The notes below the pieces were generated by a model. It was given only the letters and a program-made list of their open reading frames with translations, ran no database searches and had not been told where the DNA came from. Shown in pieces: positions 1-10,457 of a stretch of 64,000 bases of DNA (its first letter is position 1; each line of letters starts with the position of its first letter). Made by a program: the position numbers and the translations under genes. This DNA comes from a virus, in the IMG/VR virus record IMGVR_UViG_3300033156_000587, positions 5,484-69,483 of that record. One strand, given 5' to 3'.

Positions 1-747
1 CGAGACATCATAGCAAAGCACTTGCTTATTCGCGTCGAGCAGGGTTTGGCCCGAAGGAACCTCTACAAAACTTCGTCTGATCTGAGCATACGACATCCTC
101 TTGTCGGCGTAGATCCCGATAGCTGGGCTGTAGTCTACTCGAATGTCGGACCCGTTTATCCAAGCTTGTGCATGGGATTCTATGTAGATTCCGTAGTGAT
201 TCCCAGAACCGTTTACGCGGTTCCTGATGGAGCTGTTAACTAACCAGAGATGACCCGTCGTGCCTTGTGGTACGATCACGCGGGCATTGGCATCAGACGA
301 GCCGTATAAGTACAGCCAGCAGCCAATGATATTCGCGACCCCTCTGACTTCTACCATAGAGAACGTGCCCGTGACGCCAGTAATATTTGCCTCTAGCTTC
401 ATGCCTATCAGATTACCACCATCGCAGTAGATTAAGTGAGAGTCAGCCCCGCTGGGGAGTCTTAGCACAACGATTGGGTCGGATGTGTCCCAAATAAGAC
501 CGCCGATTCCCCTGATTGTGACTCCGGTTTGGAATTCGCTCCGAGTGATCTGCTCCTCGTAGATCCCCGGCATGACTTCAATAAGCCAGGGATTTTCTGT
601 ACTCGGATTTTTGACCAGACTTAGAGCCTCATTGATCGTCCTAGCGTGCGCGGGCCCACGCTTCGCTACTATGATCACGTTCTCAGGCCGCGGCATGAAT
701 TGCCTGCGGAACCATTTCGGGGCGAATGAAAGTCGGGTGACTGCCAT
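1..747 (-). CDS. Tail spike/fibre, pectin-lyase-like beta-helix (runs off the window edge)
   Basis: Not in the ORF track. Manual translation from ATG 747 (RBS AAGGAGG) is open to base 1: MAVTRLSF...TINEALSLVKNPSTENPWLIEVMPGIYEEQIT, a typical beta-helix N-cap motif. Confidence 0.7.
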   Translation of the reverse strand, partial: MAVTRLSFAPKWFRRQFMPRPENVIIVAKRGPAHARTINEALSLVKNPSTENPWLIEVMPGIYEEQITRSEFQTGVTIRGIGGLIWDTSDPIVVLRLPSGADSHLIYCDGGNLIGMKLEANITGVTGTFSMVEVRGVANIIGCWLYLYGSSDANARVIVPQGTTGHLWLVNSSIRNRVNGSGNHYGIYIESHAQAWINGSDIRVDYSPAIGIYADKRMSYAQIRRSFVEVPSGQTLLDANKQVLCYDVS

Positions 748-757
748 CAGACCTCCT

Positions 758-1051
758 TCAGTCAAGCATACTTCGCCTCACTACGAATACCCCCTCGCCA
801 GCCGCTTGACCCGAGCCTGTAGAGTAAAATCGGTACCACCAGTGACCGGGCGCACTGGCATTTATGTCTATGTGATATACTCCCGTGGAATCCCGCACGA
901 GCTCGGCATCCACGCCGTACTGGAACGTGACTTTCGCGCCTGTCGGTTCCCTGAGCGCGAAGAACACGTTCGCTGGGTCGAAGGCCGTGCCCGCTGCATC
1001 CGTGAAGCTAGCCGAGCACCGGACCAAGTCGCCCTTATCGTAGACCGCCAT
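758..1051 (-). CDS. Small virion protein, Ig-like/baseplate-type
   Basis: 97 aa, beta-rich (STGVYHID...GHWWYRF), within the tail operon. Confidence 0.55.
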   Translation of the reverse strand: MAVYDKGDLVRCSASFTDAAGTAFDPANVFFALREPTGAKVTFQYGVDAELVRDSTGVYHIDINASAPGHWWYRFYSTGSGQAAGEGVFVVRRSMLD

Positions 1052-1060
1052 GGATTAACC

Positions 1061-1501
1061 TCACGACAAGAGTAGGATGCCGGAGGAGCTGAATTGGATC
1101 GTGTAATCTCCACCGTTCGTGGCCGTTGTGCCCAGCTCCCAGACACAGACCAACGGGCTTCCAGCCTTGGTCGAGTTGTAAAGGATCGCCGCGGCAGGCG
1201 TCGGGTTCGGGTCGAGCGGTCCCAGGTTTGTCCATGTCACGTCGTCCGCGTCGAATACCACGCGGTCATTCGCGGTATCCAGCGTGACGCTCGCATTCGT
1301 GAGGCTCGCGCCAGTGACCGTGTATCCGCTCCCCGTTGCGTACTCGGACGCGCTCACATCCGAATAGCTCGTGTGGTTATCCAAGTCCGGCGTGTAGCTG
1401 GACATTAGGATCAACCGGAACACGTCCGAGCTGAGATCCTGTCCCGCAGTGAAGAGATCCTCCTTAAAGCTATTGTAGATGGAGCCAGATCCCTCAGCCA
1501 T
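1061..1501 (-). CDS. Virion structural (tail fibre-associated) protein
   Basis: FKEDLF...GYTVTG...FDADDVTWT...NGGDYTIQF pattern common in phage tail proteins; RBS AGGAGGTG. Confidence 0.65.
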   Translation of the reverse strand: MAEGSGSIYNSFKEDLFTAGQDLSSDVFRLILMSSYTPDLDNHTSYSDVSASEYATGSGYTVTGASLTNASVTLDTANDRVVFDADDVTWTNLGPLDPNPTPAAAILYNSTKAGSPLVCVWELGTTATNGGDYTIQFSSSGILLLS

Positions 1502-1566
1502 AATTTCACCTCCTGATTGTGATCTTGATCGTGGAGACCTTCACCACGACGCCTTTCTTTTCCATC

Positions 1567-3021
1567 TTATCTTGTCCCATCGCTCACCTCCACGACGTAG
1601 GGCGCGTAATCCTCCATGGACACGTCCAGCTTGATCTCCAGGATTGCCCCAGATAGGCCCGCGGATAGCAAAGCCGTCAGGACATCCAACAAAATGCTCA
1701 CCGGGCCGGGGACGACTTGGGTCGTCTCACTGGACAAGTTGAGCACCAGCGGGTCCAGCCTTGCTATAGCCAGGACCGCGGGCTGAATCAACCCAGCCGT
1801 GCTTTGCAGGTTAAGCTGGTTGACCTGGACCGACGTTGGACCGGGGACGATGACAGTGTCTGGGACAGTCAGCCCAAGAAGACCAGCATCAAGCGTCACG
1901 AACAGCCCGGTCTTCACGACAAAATCGAGGGCCAAGCTGGTCAGGCTCAAGGGATCTACCTGTACCAGTCTTGGAACAATCGTGGCAATATCCAAGATAC
2001 TGGAATTCATGAGAACCGGGCTCAGCCCGACGGAGATTGGGCCCGGCTGGACGATAGCCTGGTTCGCTGTTACAGTCAAGATCTGAGAATCCGCCTGGAT
2101 GATAATCGCGGTCTTCGGCGAGATGGGCAATGCACTGCTCGTCAACTGGCCTGCTTCGAGACCGACCGACGTAGGGCCAGGTGAGACTGAAAGATCCGGG
2201 CTTTCAACCTGTAATTGGAGAGCCTCCACCGAGACTGTTTGGCCGAAGACCAACTGAACGACCGGCCAAATTTTTGGCTCGATAAGATAGAGATCGAATC
2301 GTGTGGCCGGATCATAAAGTTGCCAGACCTCATCAGCGCTGAGAGCCCGGTCGTAAAACCTGACTTCGCCTATCAACCCGTTGAAGAATGTACTGGATGA
2401 TGCGTAGAATACACCGAAATGAAGAGGTGTCGTGGTGCTCTGGATAGACGCCGGGATTGGGCCATTATTCAGCGTCCCGTTATCCAGCACCCCATCGATA
2501 AAAATATCCAATCGATTCGAGGGCTCGTACACCCCGACGATGAAATGCCAGGCCCCGGCTGTTACCGCGGTCTGAGAGTCCCGGCTAACCCACGCAGATC
2601 CATCCGGACTAACACCAAAACGGAAGTACTCATAAGGGTGTTGCTGGAGAGAGTATTGCCGACCACCCGTCTGGACGCTATCTTTAGCAATAATAGCCCG
2701 ACCCTCGACACCGGAAATCGTAGTATGGACCTTTATCCACGCAGCTATGCTAAAAGCGCCCGTGAATCCCAAGACGTTTCCGAAGTTGACGTAACTATCC
2801 GTACCATCAAAATCGAGGCAAGGCCCCAAGACGTAGTGAAGTCGCCAAGTGGTCCCGCCCAGGATCGATCCGTCATAAAAGAACCTGGCGAGATCACGTA
2901 GTACAGAAGCTCCCGCACTCGCGAACGCGGGCCACCACGCCACCAAGCCAGCGGCTTGGGGAGACCTTCGGTTAATCCTAAACCTTCGTCCTACAGCCCA
3001 GGGCGGCTGTGGTATCTTCAT
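1567..3021 (-). CDS. LamG/concanavalin-like domain tail protein
   Basis: LDFDGTDSYV...FSIAAWIK...WHFIVGVY...FNGLIGEVRFYDRALSADEV followed by repetitive beta segments. Confidence 0.85.
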   Translation of the reverse strand: MKIPQPPWAVGRRFRINRRSPQAAGLVAWWPAFASAGASVLRDLARFFYDGSILGGTTWRLHYVLGPCLDFDGTDSYVNFGNVLGFTGAFSIAAWIKVHTTISGVEGRAIIAKDSVQTGGRQYSLQQHPYEYFRFGVSPDGSAWVSRDSQTAVTAGAWHFIVGVYEPSNRLDIFIDGVLDNGTLNNGPIPASIQSTTTPLHFGVFYASSSTFFNGLIGEVRFYDRALSADEVWQLYDPATRFDLYLIEPKIWPVVQLVFGQTVSVEALQLQVESPDLSVSPGPTSVGLEAGQLTSSALPISPKTAIIIQADSQILTVTANQAIVQPGPISVGLSPVLMNSSILDIATIVPRLVQVDPLSLTSLALDFVVKTGLFVTLDAGLLGLTVPDTVIVPGPTSVQVNQLNLQSTAGLIQPAVLAIARLDPLVLNLSSETTQVVPGPVSILLDVLTALLSAGLSGAILEIKLDVSMEDYAPYVVEVSDGTR

Positions 3022-3036
3022 GCTTGATCCTCTTTA

Positions 3037-3483
3037 TCACGTAATCTCGCGGCTGTACCGGATCATTTTCACAACGTTTCCACTTGACGCAAATGCCTGG
3101 CCCGTGTTGTTCTCGACCAAAATCTTGAAATTCGCGGGTGGCAGGAGCACGTTGCGAATGTGGGCGTATCGAGAGCCAGACGCAGCATCCAAGACAAACA
3201 TCCCGACAAGCGCGTTCGATGGCGGCGCCAAGCTTGCGTCGCCGAAGGTATAATTCGTTCCGTCCAAAGTTTCGAGGAGGTAAACGTCCACACGGGCTCC
3301 CGAATCCCGAGCCCCAGCCTGGTCTGCAATGAAGAGCTCAAAATCGGCGAATTCATATAGCTCGCTTGCCGCGGTATTGCTAATTGACGCGGAGACGGCT
3401 CTAGAGCCATCCGCTAAGCCATCTAACTCCGTCGAAAGGATCGTTTCAGGCGATGTCGGTGATGTCCAGCGTTCTGTCGCCAT
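3037..3483 (-). CDS. Hypothetical virion protein
   Basis: 148 aa with RBS GGGGAGGG, within the tail operon. Confidence 0.6.
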   Translation of the reverse strand: MATERWTSPTSPETILSTELDGLADGSRAVSASISNTAASELYEFADFELFIADQAGARDSGARVDVYLLETLDGTNYTFGDASLAPPSNALVGMFVLDAASGSRYAHIRNVLLPPANFKILVENNTGQAFASSGNVVKMIRYSREIT

Positions 3484-3495
3484 GCTACCCTCCCC

Positions 3496-4977
3496 TTAGA
3501 TTACCAGGTTATCGGCGATCACGATGTTGTTCGTCCCGGTGTCATTTCCAATCGACCCGCTCGTGTTCCGGGCCAAGAAGTTACCGTGAACCAGGATATT
3601 GCTAGCGGAGGTATTGCCGATGTCGATCCCGTAACCTCCGTTTTCCATGCACATGTTATTCGAGATCATGTTGTCCTTCGTGGCAGAGATATTGTACAAG
3701 AAGATCCCGGTTGCTCCATTTGCCCTCACGTCATTACCTTCAACGATGCAACGGTCACCATAGATGAAGAACCCGGTGTCCGAGCAATTCCGAACCTTGT
3801 TCCCGACGAACACGTTGTCCGAACTTCCCCAGTTTTCCACGCCTCGGCCAGTGATGTCCGAGATGTCATTGCCGGACACGAAAGCTGAAGCAGACTGGTT
3901 CAGTCGGATCGCGTCATTGCCGGTACCTATGATCACATTTCCCTCAATTTTCGTCCCGTGCCCGGCCCAGAGGCCGATCCCATATGACCCAGCGTTTTCG
4001 ATCCGGTTCCGGCTGATTAGAGACTCCTGGAGATCGTTGGCATCCCCAGCGATCCCGTTTGTGGCGGTATCCTTGATCCAGTTGTCTACGATCATAGCCG
4101 AGGTGGCGAAGTTATCAGCCCAGATCCCGGTAGCTCCTTGTTCCCAGACCCGGCAACCTCGGATCTCTACTCGGTCCGCCCCGTTCAGGAAGATCCCATC
4201 CCAACCGCCACTCGCGGTAATGTCAATCAGCCTTGAGTCATTGCCCTGCACCTCGATGAGACCCGCGTTCCCCTCGTTCGTGACCTTGATCCTGTAGATC
4301 ACCACGGAGCCACTGGAGATCGTGATCGTGGCCGCAGTGCTGGCGCCACGGATCTCGGACTCGTCCCCAGCTCCGATGATCGTGAGCGGGCTGGAGATCG
4401 TTACGTTCTCCGAGTAGGTGCCGGGAGCGATGTAGATCACCTCGTTCGAGCTGGCTGACGAGAGGGCATCTGTCAGCGTGGACGCAGTTCCTCCGGAAAG
4501 GGCGACGACATGGTCTGCGATCCAGTGGTTCGCCGCGCTACCACCTCCCGCGGGAGCCGATACGAACTCGATACCGGTCTCGCCGGAGTTAACGGCGAGA
4601 TAGCATCCGGAGTACCCGGTGTAAGCGGACGGAGTGTCCAAGAGGTCGAGGAACATCGATGCCGAGCTCACCGCGGTGGGCGCCCATTCGGATGCAGACC
4701 CATCCCAGACGAGGTGGTCGCCATTGGACGGAGCGCTCCCGCTTACCGAGTATCCCCGGATCGTCTGGGCGTCGCCGCCGACCTGGACCCAGGAGACCGC
4801 GGACGCGTCGATAAGCATCCAAAGCGAATCATCATCTAGTTGTCTCGCGAGCTTCCCCTCATCGTCCGAGGTCAGACCAGACGCGTTCTCGCGATCCGAG
4901 GCACTGGTGAAGGCCCACTGGTACGGAATATGAATCCCCTCGGTTGTCTTCAGGTAGCCATGCCTCACCTCGGCCAT
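3496..4977 (-). CDS. Tail spike with right-handed parallel beta-helix (possible depolymerase)
   Basis: IYIAPGTYSENVTI motif then many GI..N/I.GN repeats. Confidence 0.8.
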   Translation of the reverse strand: MAEVRHGYLKTTEGIHIPYQWAFTSASDRENASGLTSDDEGKLARQLDDDSLWMLIDASAVSWVQVGGDAQTIRGYSVSGSAPSNGDHLVWDGSASEWAPTAVSSASMFLDLLDTPSAYTGYSGCYLAVNSGETGIEFVSAPAGGGSAANHWIADHVVALSGGTASTLTDALSSASSNEVIYIAPGTYSENVTISSPLTIIGAGDESEIRGASTAATITISSGSVVIYRIKVTNEGNAGLIEVQGNDSRLIDITASGGWDGIFLNGADRVEIRGCRVWEQGATGIWADNFATSAMIVDNWIKDTATNGIAGDANDLQESLISRNRIENAGSYGIGLWAGHGTKIEGNVIIGTGNDAIRLNQSASAFVSGNDISDITGRGVENWGSSDNVFVGNKVRNCSDTGFFIYGDRCIVEGNDVRANGATGIFLYNISATKDNMISNNMCMENGGYGIDIGNTSASNILVHGNFLARNTSGSIGNDTGTNNIVIADNLVI

Positions 4978-4980
4978 GTA

Positions 4981-6024
4981 TCACCTCTCGTCTGCCATTA
5001 GGAGCAGGAATGAGTTCTCCTCTACTAACCAGTTTCCGCTCGCATCGAGCAAAGGTCTGTGAGCTTGTATACTTCCAGCACCAACGCTGACGTGGAAATA
5101 ACCCGGGCCGGGAGCCGATGCAGTTATCCCGTCAACGTAGGCCTTGGGAACCGCGTCCTGGCTTGCCGAAGGCCAAAAGGCGAGTTCTAGCTGAGTGATT
5201 CCAGAGGGCGAGACCGTCATGACGGGGACAGATCCTGCCCTGAACTGAATCACACATCCTGAATAGTCAAGCGAGAAATTCGGGAAGCTCCCTCCGGGCA
5301 GTCCTAAAACTACATCGCCAGGGTGGAATGTCCCTACTCCAGGGATCGTTACAGACGAGCTGAATAGGCCGCCACAAAAGGAACCTGAGGGATCGAAGAT
5401 GAGGATATTCCCTCCCGAGACCGTAACCCGGAACAGAGACCCGGCGAGGCTAACCTCGATGTAGCGATCCCCAGAGCCCGCCTTCCAACCCCAAGACCCA
5501 TCCTCTAGCCTGCCCTCCTTGAGAACCGTAGACCCGGAGTCAGGATCTCTTGACTCGGCATAGCCTGATCCACTTGCGAAGATGCGAACAGGGTCGGAGC
5601 CGGAGACCTCCTCGATCTCGCCGTCCGAAGCGTCATAAAGGATATACGCCTTCCCGACGCGACCAAAGAGAGCGTCTCCCTTCCCAAAGGATGCCGAGTC
5701 AATGACGGTATCCTCAGTAAACGTCATGATGCCGGGTGTCTCGAAGCCTGTGACCGCGTTCGTCATGACCCAATATGGGTTCGTGTCTGTCCCGTAGTTA
5801 ATCGCCGTGATTTGCATTCCCGGCGAGACTTGAGCCCCGTACGGAATGGTGACATACTGATTCTCTATGCCGTCCACGGTCGCGATCACGGCATAAGCCT
5901 GCCCGGTCGCGTCACGTTCCACGGACTGAATGATAACGTTCGTCGTGGCGACCGTGCCTCGCTCTGTGCGACGTTTCAGTAATTCAGCTATAGACCTGAT
6001 CGTGCGATTGATCTCTATCGTCAT
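4981..6024 (-). CDS. Minor tail protein
   Basis: 347 aa, Gly/Ser-rich beta protein with DAVPKAYVD fibre motif. Confidence 0.6.
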   Translation of the reverse strand: MTIEINRTIRSIAELLKRRTERGTVATTNVIIQSVERDATGQAYAVIATVDGIENQYVTIPYGAQVSPGMQITAINYGTDTNPYWVMTNAVTGFETPGIMTFTEDTVIDSASFGKGDALFGRVGKAYILYDASDGEIEEVSGSDPVRIFASGSGYAESRDPDSGSTVLKEGRLEDGSWGWKAGSGDRYIEVSLAGSLFRVTVSGGNILIFDPSGSFCGGLFSSSVTIPGVGTFHPGDVVLGLPGGSFPNFSLDYSGCVIQFRAGSVPVMTVSPSGITQLELAFWPSASQDAVPKAYVDGITASAPGPGYFHVSVGAGSIQAHRPLLDASGNWLVEENSFLLLMADER

Positions 6025-6470
6025 GACCAGCTCAACGGCGTCACGTAAATCAACGCGTCAGCGGAACCCGCTCGGATGAAACTTGCCGAGCTGAACAAGG
6101 TCACATCCCAGATCGCATTATAACCTGCAGAGAAATAATGGCCCGCGTTAGCAGATGGCGACGTGATGAATCCCACACGAACTGGCTCGTCAGTGGACCA
6201 CAGGACGTGGGTCGTCGCTGAGTGAAAACTTCCCGCGACCACGGGATCTGAACCAGCGGTGATCGCCTGCTCGGAATCCGAAGTGTTGAGCTCGAACGCA
6301 GGCTCAGACAGCCCCTTCACCCGCAACGGGTTTGTCGCGTCTCCCATGGGGCTGCCGGAATTATCGGCGAGCAGGACAGTCTGGATGTGCAGCGATCCGT
6401 CGGAATAGGTCTTGATGTAATCCCCTGAGGTATCAGGGGCTCGGATAACGTAACTCTGAGTCAGGGGCAT
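6021..6470 (-). CDS. Hypothetical virion protein
   Basis: 149 aa, GAGG RBS, ATGA overlap with the next gene. Confidence 0.55.
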   Translation of the reverse strand: MPLTQSYVIRAPDTSGDYIKTYSDGSLHIQTVLLADNSGSPMGDATNPLRVKGLSEPAFELNTSDSEQAITAGSDPVVAGSFHSATTHVLWSTDEPVRVGFITSPSANAGHYFSAGYNAIWDVTLFSSASFIRAGSADALIYVTPLSWS

Positions 6471-6480
6471 ATGTTACCTC

Positions 6481-7146
6481 CTAAGTTGCCTTGATCTCCT
6501 GAAGTCCAATCCTCGCGGAATATGATTCGGGCCCTTCCTGAATGTCAATCTGGTCCACAATACCCAGACCTTCTAGATCTTCCCACTGAACCTCGTGAAC
6601 CTGAAAGCCCCAGACATGATCAATAAGCCCGACGGGTTCCACCTTCCATGCTCGCGTGCTATGAGCCTTCACATAAGCCATCTGTGCCAGGAATGGACCA
6701 TTGGACAAGGGCGCGATCAACTCGCCTGCATCGTAAACTTTCCCTTGAGGTGCAATACCCTCCGGATACAGGAACTCTTGGGTCGCATTGGACCCAGGGT
6801 CTCGAACTTTGATCTTTGCCCTGCGATAGTTAGGATTCGGCTCAAAGGAGATATCAGAGACGATTGAATTCTCCGTTGTCCAAGTGATGGATGGCTCCAG
6901 GCCATTTTCGTCTCTCGTAAACCACGGGTCCGGGATTAATACAAGCGTCGAGTCTGGCATCTCGACCAGGAATAGGCCAAACTTCTCGCAGAGATCGCTG
7001 ATGGCTTGGAGGTAAGTCGTGTTCGAGATCGAATATTCCTTAAGCCCCGGCACGTTCACGCCTCGGTAGATGAGCCAGTCCGGCGGGAGATTGAAGTGTA
7101 TTATCAACAGCTTGTAGATTAGATCTGTAGCTCGGTCCGTCGTCAT
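6481..7146 (-). CDS. Baseplate hub-like tail protein
   Basis: TYLQAISDLCEKFG...DSTLVL hub-like segment; start 7146 overlaps the upstream stop (ATGA). Confidence 0.55.
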   Translation of the reverse strand: MTTDRATDLIYKLLIIHFNLPPDWLIYRGVNVPGLKEYSISNTTYLQAISDLCEKFGLFLVEMPDSTLVLIPDPWFTRDENGLEPSITWTTENSIVSDISFEPNPNYRRAKIKVRDPGSNATQEFLYPEGIAPQGKVYDAGELIAPLSNGPFLAQMAYVKAHSTRAWKVEPVGLIDHVWGFQVHEVQWEDLEGLGIVDQIDIQEGPESYSARIGLQEIKAT

Positions 7147-9476
7147 CGTAGCCGATCCCACATGTTGAGTTGTGTGATCTTGATCTCGTTCAAGCGGGCA
7201 CGCCCACCTAAGTATACCACATGGACTCCCTCGTTAACGGGCCCGATAGAAGAATCGAGGGTTAATGTCGTGCCAGACCCCTTTGCATATCCTACCCTGA
7301 ATTCACCAACGCTGATGTACCCAGTGCTCGGCATCTTGTCAAACCAGCGTCCTGGGATCAACTCGATCGCTGTTGTGCCCGGGGGATAATAACTCTTCGT
7401 CCTCCCCACAACGGATCCCATCTGATCGATGATCATCATAACCCATCGAATGCGGCGCCCTTCCGGGAAGTCCACGGTCATGACGTGCAGCTTGTTCCGG
7501 CTCCAAGTTTTCACCGGCTTGGTCCAGTCTAGTTGCCAGTTGTCCGTAGGCGGGAACCTGGGCGAGTCATATTTTGAGATCAGAACCCGAGCGGCGTATG
7601 GAATGGGCCACAACCCCTCTTTTCGGATGAACTGAATCGAGGAGATCTTCCTGGCCCGAGTAGCTAAACCGTCCACGATCTGATATACGCGTTCACCGTC
7701 CGAATGCGCAGCTACTCGTGTGCCGAGGACGCCGCGGACGACCCCGATCAGGGCCTCCTCAGTCCTGTCTGAATACTGGATGATCTCCGTGCCAACGCGA
7801 ATATAGCCAGAGTCGTCCAAACCGCTGGTATCGTACTCCTCACTCCCCGCTTTTGGCCGAATTTTGATGATGCCATCCGCCGGATCGTTTTTGTCGGCTG
7901 CTAAGTCCTGCCCGAGCCGCCAGTCAAACTCTCCGAAGTCGGCGGCAATCCATTCGGCATCCGCGGATTGGGCCCTAGGTTTCCCGCGGTATTCGCCTGG
8001 AGCGGGTGATTCCTCTTCAATCCAATCCGATGCGGTATCCGTGTCTTGTCCAGCGGGAAATCGCCGAATAGCATGACCGCGGGCTGGTCGTTTCACCCAC
8101 GGGCCATTCCAGAACCCGTAAGGATGTCCGTCGGGAGTATCCGAGCCATCACCCCAGGCTACCCCATCATTCGAGCCCCAGCCCTTTGGCCTCACGTGGA
8201 TAAAGCCATTGGTGTACCCTAAATGGAACAGCCTGGCATTTTTAGAATGGCCTCTGAGGGAACTCCATTCGATGATGGGTATATCGCCTGGGTCAAACAT
8301 CTGTCTGAAAGCGGTTGCATTGTAGCAGAGGATGATAGGCTTTCCGACTATAACTTGATCGTGAAGGGCCGAGTCCGATAAGTCCAAGTAGTAGCCTGTA
8401 GGTCCAGGATCTTCTCCTTCTTCCCAAGTCGTTTGATGATTGTAAATCCTGATCTCGCCCACTTTCCAGTTTTGGACGAGCCAAATCCTAAACCACTGAT
8501 ACTCACTCCCGAACCCAACTGGCGGCAACATGAAGACTTCATCTATGCAAATGCCAGCGCTCGGGTTTGGATCTTCCCAGGCCACATTGTTCGGCTCGCC
8601 CTCGGAGATCCAAAGCGTGTTGAGATCGCCGTCAACCACGTTGTCCGGATCAACCGACTCAGGCTCTCCTAGGAGCCAATCATCTGAATCTGCTTCCAGA
8701 TAAAGATCGGCCAAGACCGAGGACGCCCGTGTGCTGACACCTTCTACAGGCACGGGTTCTTCCCTGCCACCCCGACCGCCGCCTCCACCGCGGGAGAGCG
8801 CGGGCGCTGCGGAATTCTCCAACTTATATGTCAAGCCCCGTACCGTGATTTCCGCGTCCGCGACATTCAAGTAGTCCTTCTTGATCGAGACATTCGCGAT
8901 CCAGCCCACAAACCAAACCTTCCAGTCGGTCCAGGTCCCGCTGACCCATTTCCGTCTCAACACGCAGATCGCGAAATCATGTCCCAGGAATCGCTTGGGG
9001 ATCTCAAAGAATTCAACTTTCGCATCCCAATTAAATATCCTGCCTCTGAGGCCTGCCTTGAACCTGATATCGGAGTGGTAGTAATCGGTAACAGGCCAGA
9101 AAACGCGAACCGTAGAACCGGCGCTCGCGGTGAACGGGTCGGAAAGGACGATCAAGTTCGCGAGTGAATTTCCGATCTTCCCGGAGTAGGCTACGGCATA
9201 GCCATTAACCCAGACCATGCCTATGCTCGGCAAGTCGGATGCGTCCGTCAGATCAATGGTGGAGTCAGAACTGCTGTCATAGCTTGACGCAAGGGTTGTC
9301 TCAAAGGTTAATAAGTTCGGCGGGCCTTGGTTCCAAGCAAACTTCAGTCCGACCGGCCAATTCTCCCACGGAGGGCCGACATATACGCGGAAATCGAACG
9401 CGATCTGTTCCGCGGTGAGCTCGTCTACCTGTTCAGCATATGTCCCCTTCCTGCTTGATGCGATCGCGCGAAGCAT
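7143..9476 (-). CDS. Large minor tail/baseplate protein
   Basis: 777 aa; discoidin-like VVDGDLNTLW and GYIRVGTEIIQY...RGVLGTRVAAHSDG motifs. Confidence 0.65.
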   Translation of the reverse strand: MLRAIASSRKGTYAEQVDELTAEQIAFDFRVYVGPPWENWPVGLKFAWNQGPPNLLTFETTLASSYDSSSDSTIDLTDASDLPSIGMVWVNGYAVAYSGKIGNSLANLIVLSDPFTASAGSTVRVFWPVTDYYHSDIRFKAGLRGRIFNWDAKVEFFEIPKRFLGHDFAICVLRRKWVSGTWTDWKVWFVGWIANVSIKKDYLNVADAEITVRGLTYKLENSAAPALSRGGGGGRGGREEPVPVEGVSTRASSVLADLYLEADSDDWLLGEPESVDPDNVVDGDLNTLWISEGEPNNVAWEDPNPSAGICIDEVFMLPPVGFGSEYQWFRIWLVQNWKVGEIRIYNHQTTWEEGEDPGPTGYYLDLSDSALHDQVIVGKPIILCYNATAFRQMFDPGDIPIIEWSSLRGHSKNARLFHLGYTNGFIHVRPKGWGSNDGVAWGDGSDTPDGHPYGFWNGPWVKRPARGHAIRRFPAGQDTDTASDWIEEESPAPGEYRGKPRAQSADAEWIAADFGEFDWRLGQDLAADKNDPADGIIKIRPKAGSEEYDTSGLDDSGYIRVGTEIIQYSDRTEEALIGVVRGVLGTRVAAHSDGERVYQIVDGLATRARKISSIQFIRKEGLWPIPYAARVLISKYDSPRFPPTDNWQLDWTKPVKTWSRNKLHVMTVDFPEGRRIRWVMMIIDQMGSVVGRTKSYYPPGTTAIELIPGRWFDKMPSTGYISVGEFRVGYAKGSGTTLTLDSSIGPVNEGVHVVYLGGRARLNEIKITQLNMWDRLR

Positions 9477-9479
9477 AGC

Positions 9480-9863
9480 TCACTCCAACGAGTAGCTCCA
9501 CTCAATGCCCGTGAACTGGACGGAAAAGTCCGAGAACTTACACGCGGCCATCGTCTCGCTTCCAAACGTGGGCCGCCACATGTACGCCGAACCTGAGACC
9601 CAAGCGTTCAACTCAGGATGGAAGAAGTCGATCGTAACTTGCACGTAAAGCTGGCTCGGAGATGAAAAGAACTGCATCCACCAGTTAATCCCGTTCTGGT
9701 TGATCCATGGCCTGCCGACACGCATCTCATACTTCGGCAAGACTCGGGTCGGAATCACCGTGGCCCGAACCTTTGTGGGACCCGGTTCTAGAAACACTGG
9801 TGGCTCCTGTACTGTTGGGTAGGCATCATGGATCGGTATAGACCCGTTGATCATGAATGTCAT
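9480..9863 (-). CDS. Distal-tail-like protein, paralog A
   Basis: Position after the tape measure; similar to the C-terminal part of 9860-10453. Confidence 0.5.
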   Translation of the reverse strand: MTFMINGSIPIHDAYPTVQEPPVFLEPGPTKVRATVIPTRVLPKYEMRVGRPWINQNGINWWMQFFSSPSQLYVQVTIDFFHPELNAWVSGSAYMWRPTFGSETMAACKFSDFSVQFTGIEWSYSLE

Positions 9864-10453
9864 TCCCAGAACTCCAAGCCAGTGATCTTCACCCTGAACT
9901 CAGCGTAGATATTGTCCGCTGGCTTGTACTCCGGCTTCCAGATATACCCGCTCCCGGATCTCCAACCGTTTGAGAGCGGATCGTAAAGCGATACAGATGC
10001 CGTAACGTATGGATCAGTGGTAGACGTGAACAACGACAGCCACCAGTCCAGGCCATCTTGATTGATCCATTCTCGCCCGACCATTGCACTCGGGAGTCCA
10101 ATCGCTCTGGCTGGCTTGCCACCGCCATATTTGGCCGTTGGCTCTGGATATCGGACCACTGGCGGGTTCATTCGGTCCGGCTCTGCATACCAAGGCGGAG
10201 CAGAGCCATTTATCAGGAACCTGCTTCCCGAGGGAAGCGTGACCCGCGTACCCACTTCGATATAGCCCAGGAGCGCAGTCAGGATGATCCCATCACCCGG
10301 GTTGATCTCGGCATACTCTTGGATTGCCGTGGTCCGAATCCCGTCGCCGGGATCGATCTCAGCATATTTGGTAATTGCAGTAGTCCGGATAGACTCGCCG
10401 GGATCGACCTCGGCATACTCAAGGACCGCGGTGACCTGTGCTGGGCTGGCCAT
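9860..10453 (-). CDS. Distal-tail-like protein, paralog B, with N-terminal 14-aa repeats
   Basis: YAE(V/I)(D/N)PG repeats; VGREWINQDGLDWW...SGSGYIWKP. Confidence 0.5.
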   Translation of the reverse strand: MASPAQVTAVLEYAEVDPGESIRTTAITKYAEIDPGDGIRTTAIQEYAEINPGDGIILTALLGYIEVGTRVTLPSGSRFLINGSAPPWYAEPDRMNPPVVRYPEPTAKYGGGKPARAIGLPSAMVGREWINQDGLDWWLSLFTSTTDPYVTASVSLYDPLSNGWRSGSGYIWKPEYKPADNIYAEFRVKITGLEFWE

Positions 10454-10457
10454 TTCT

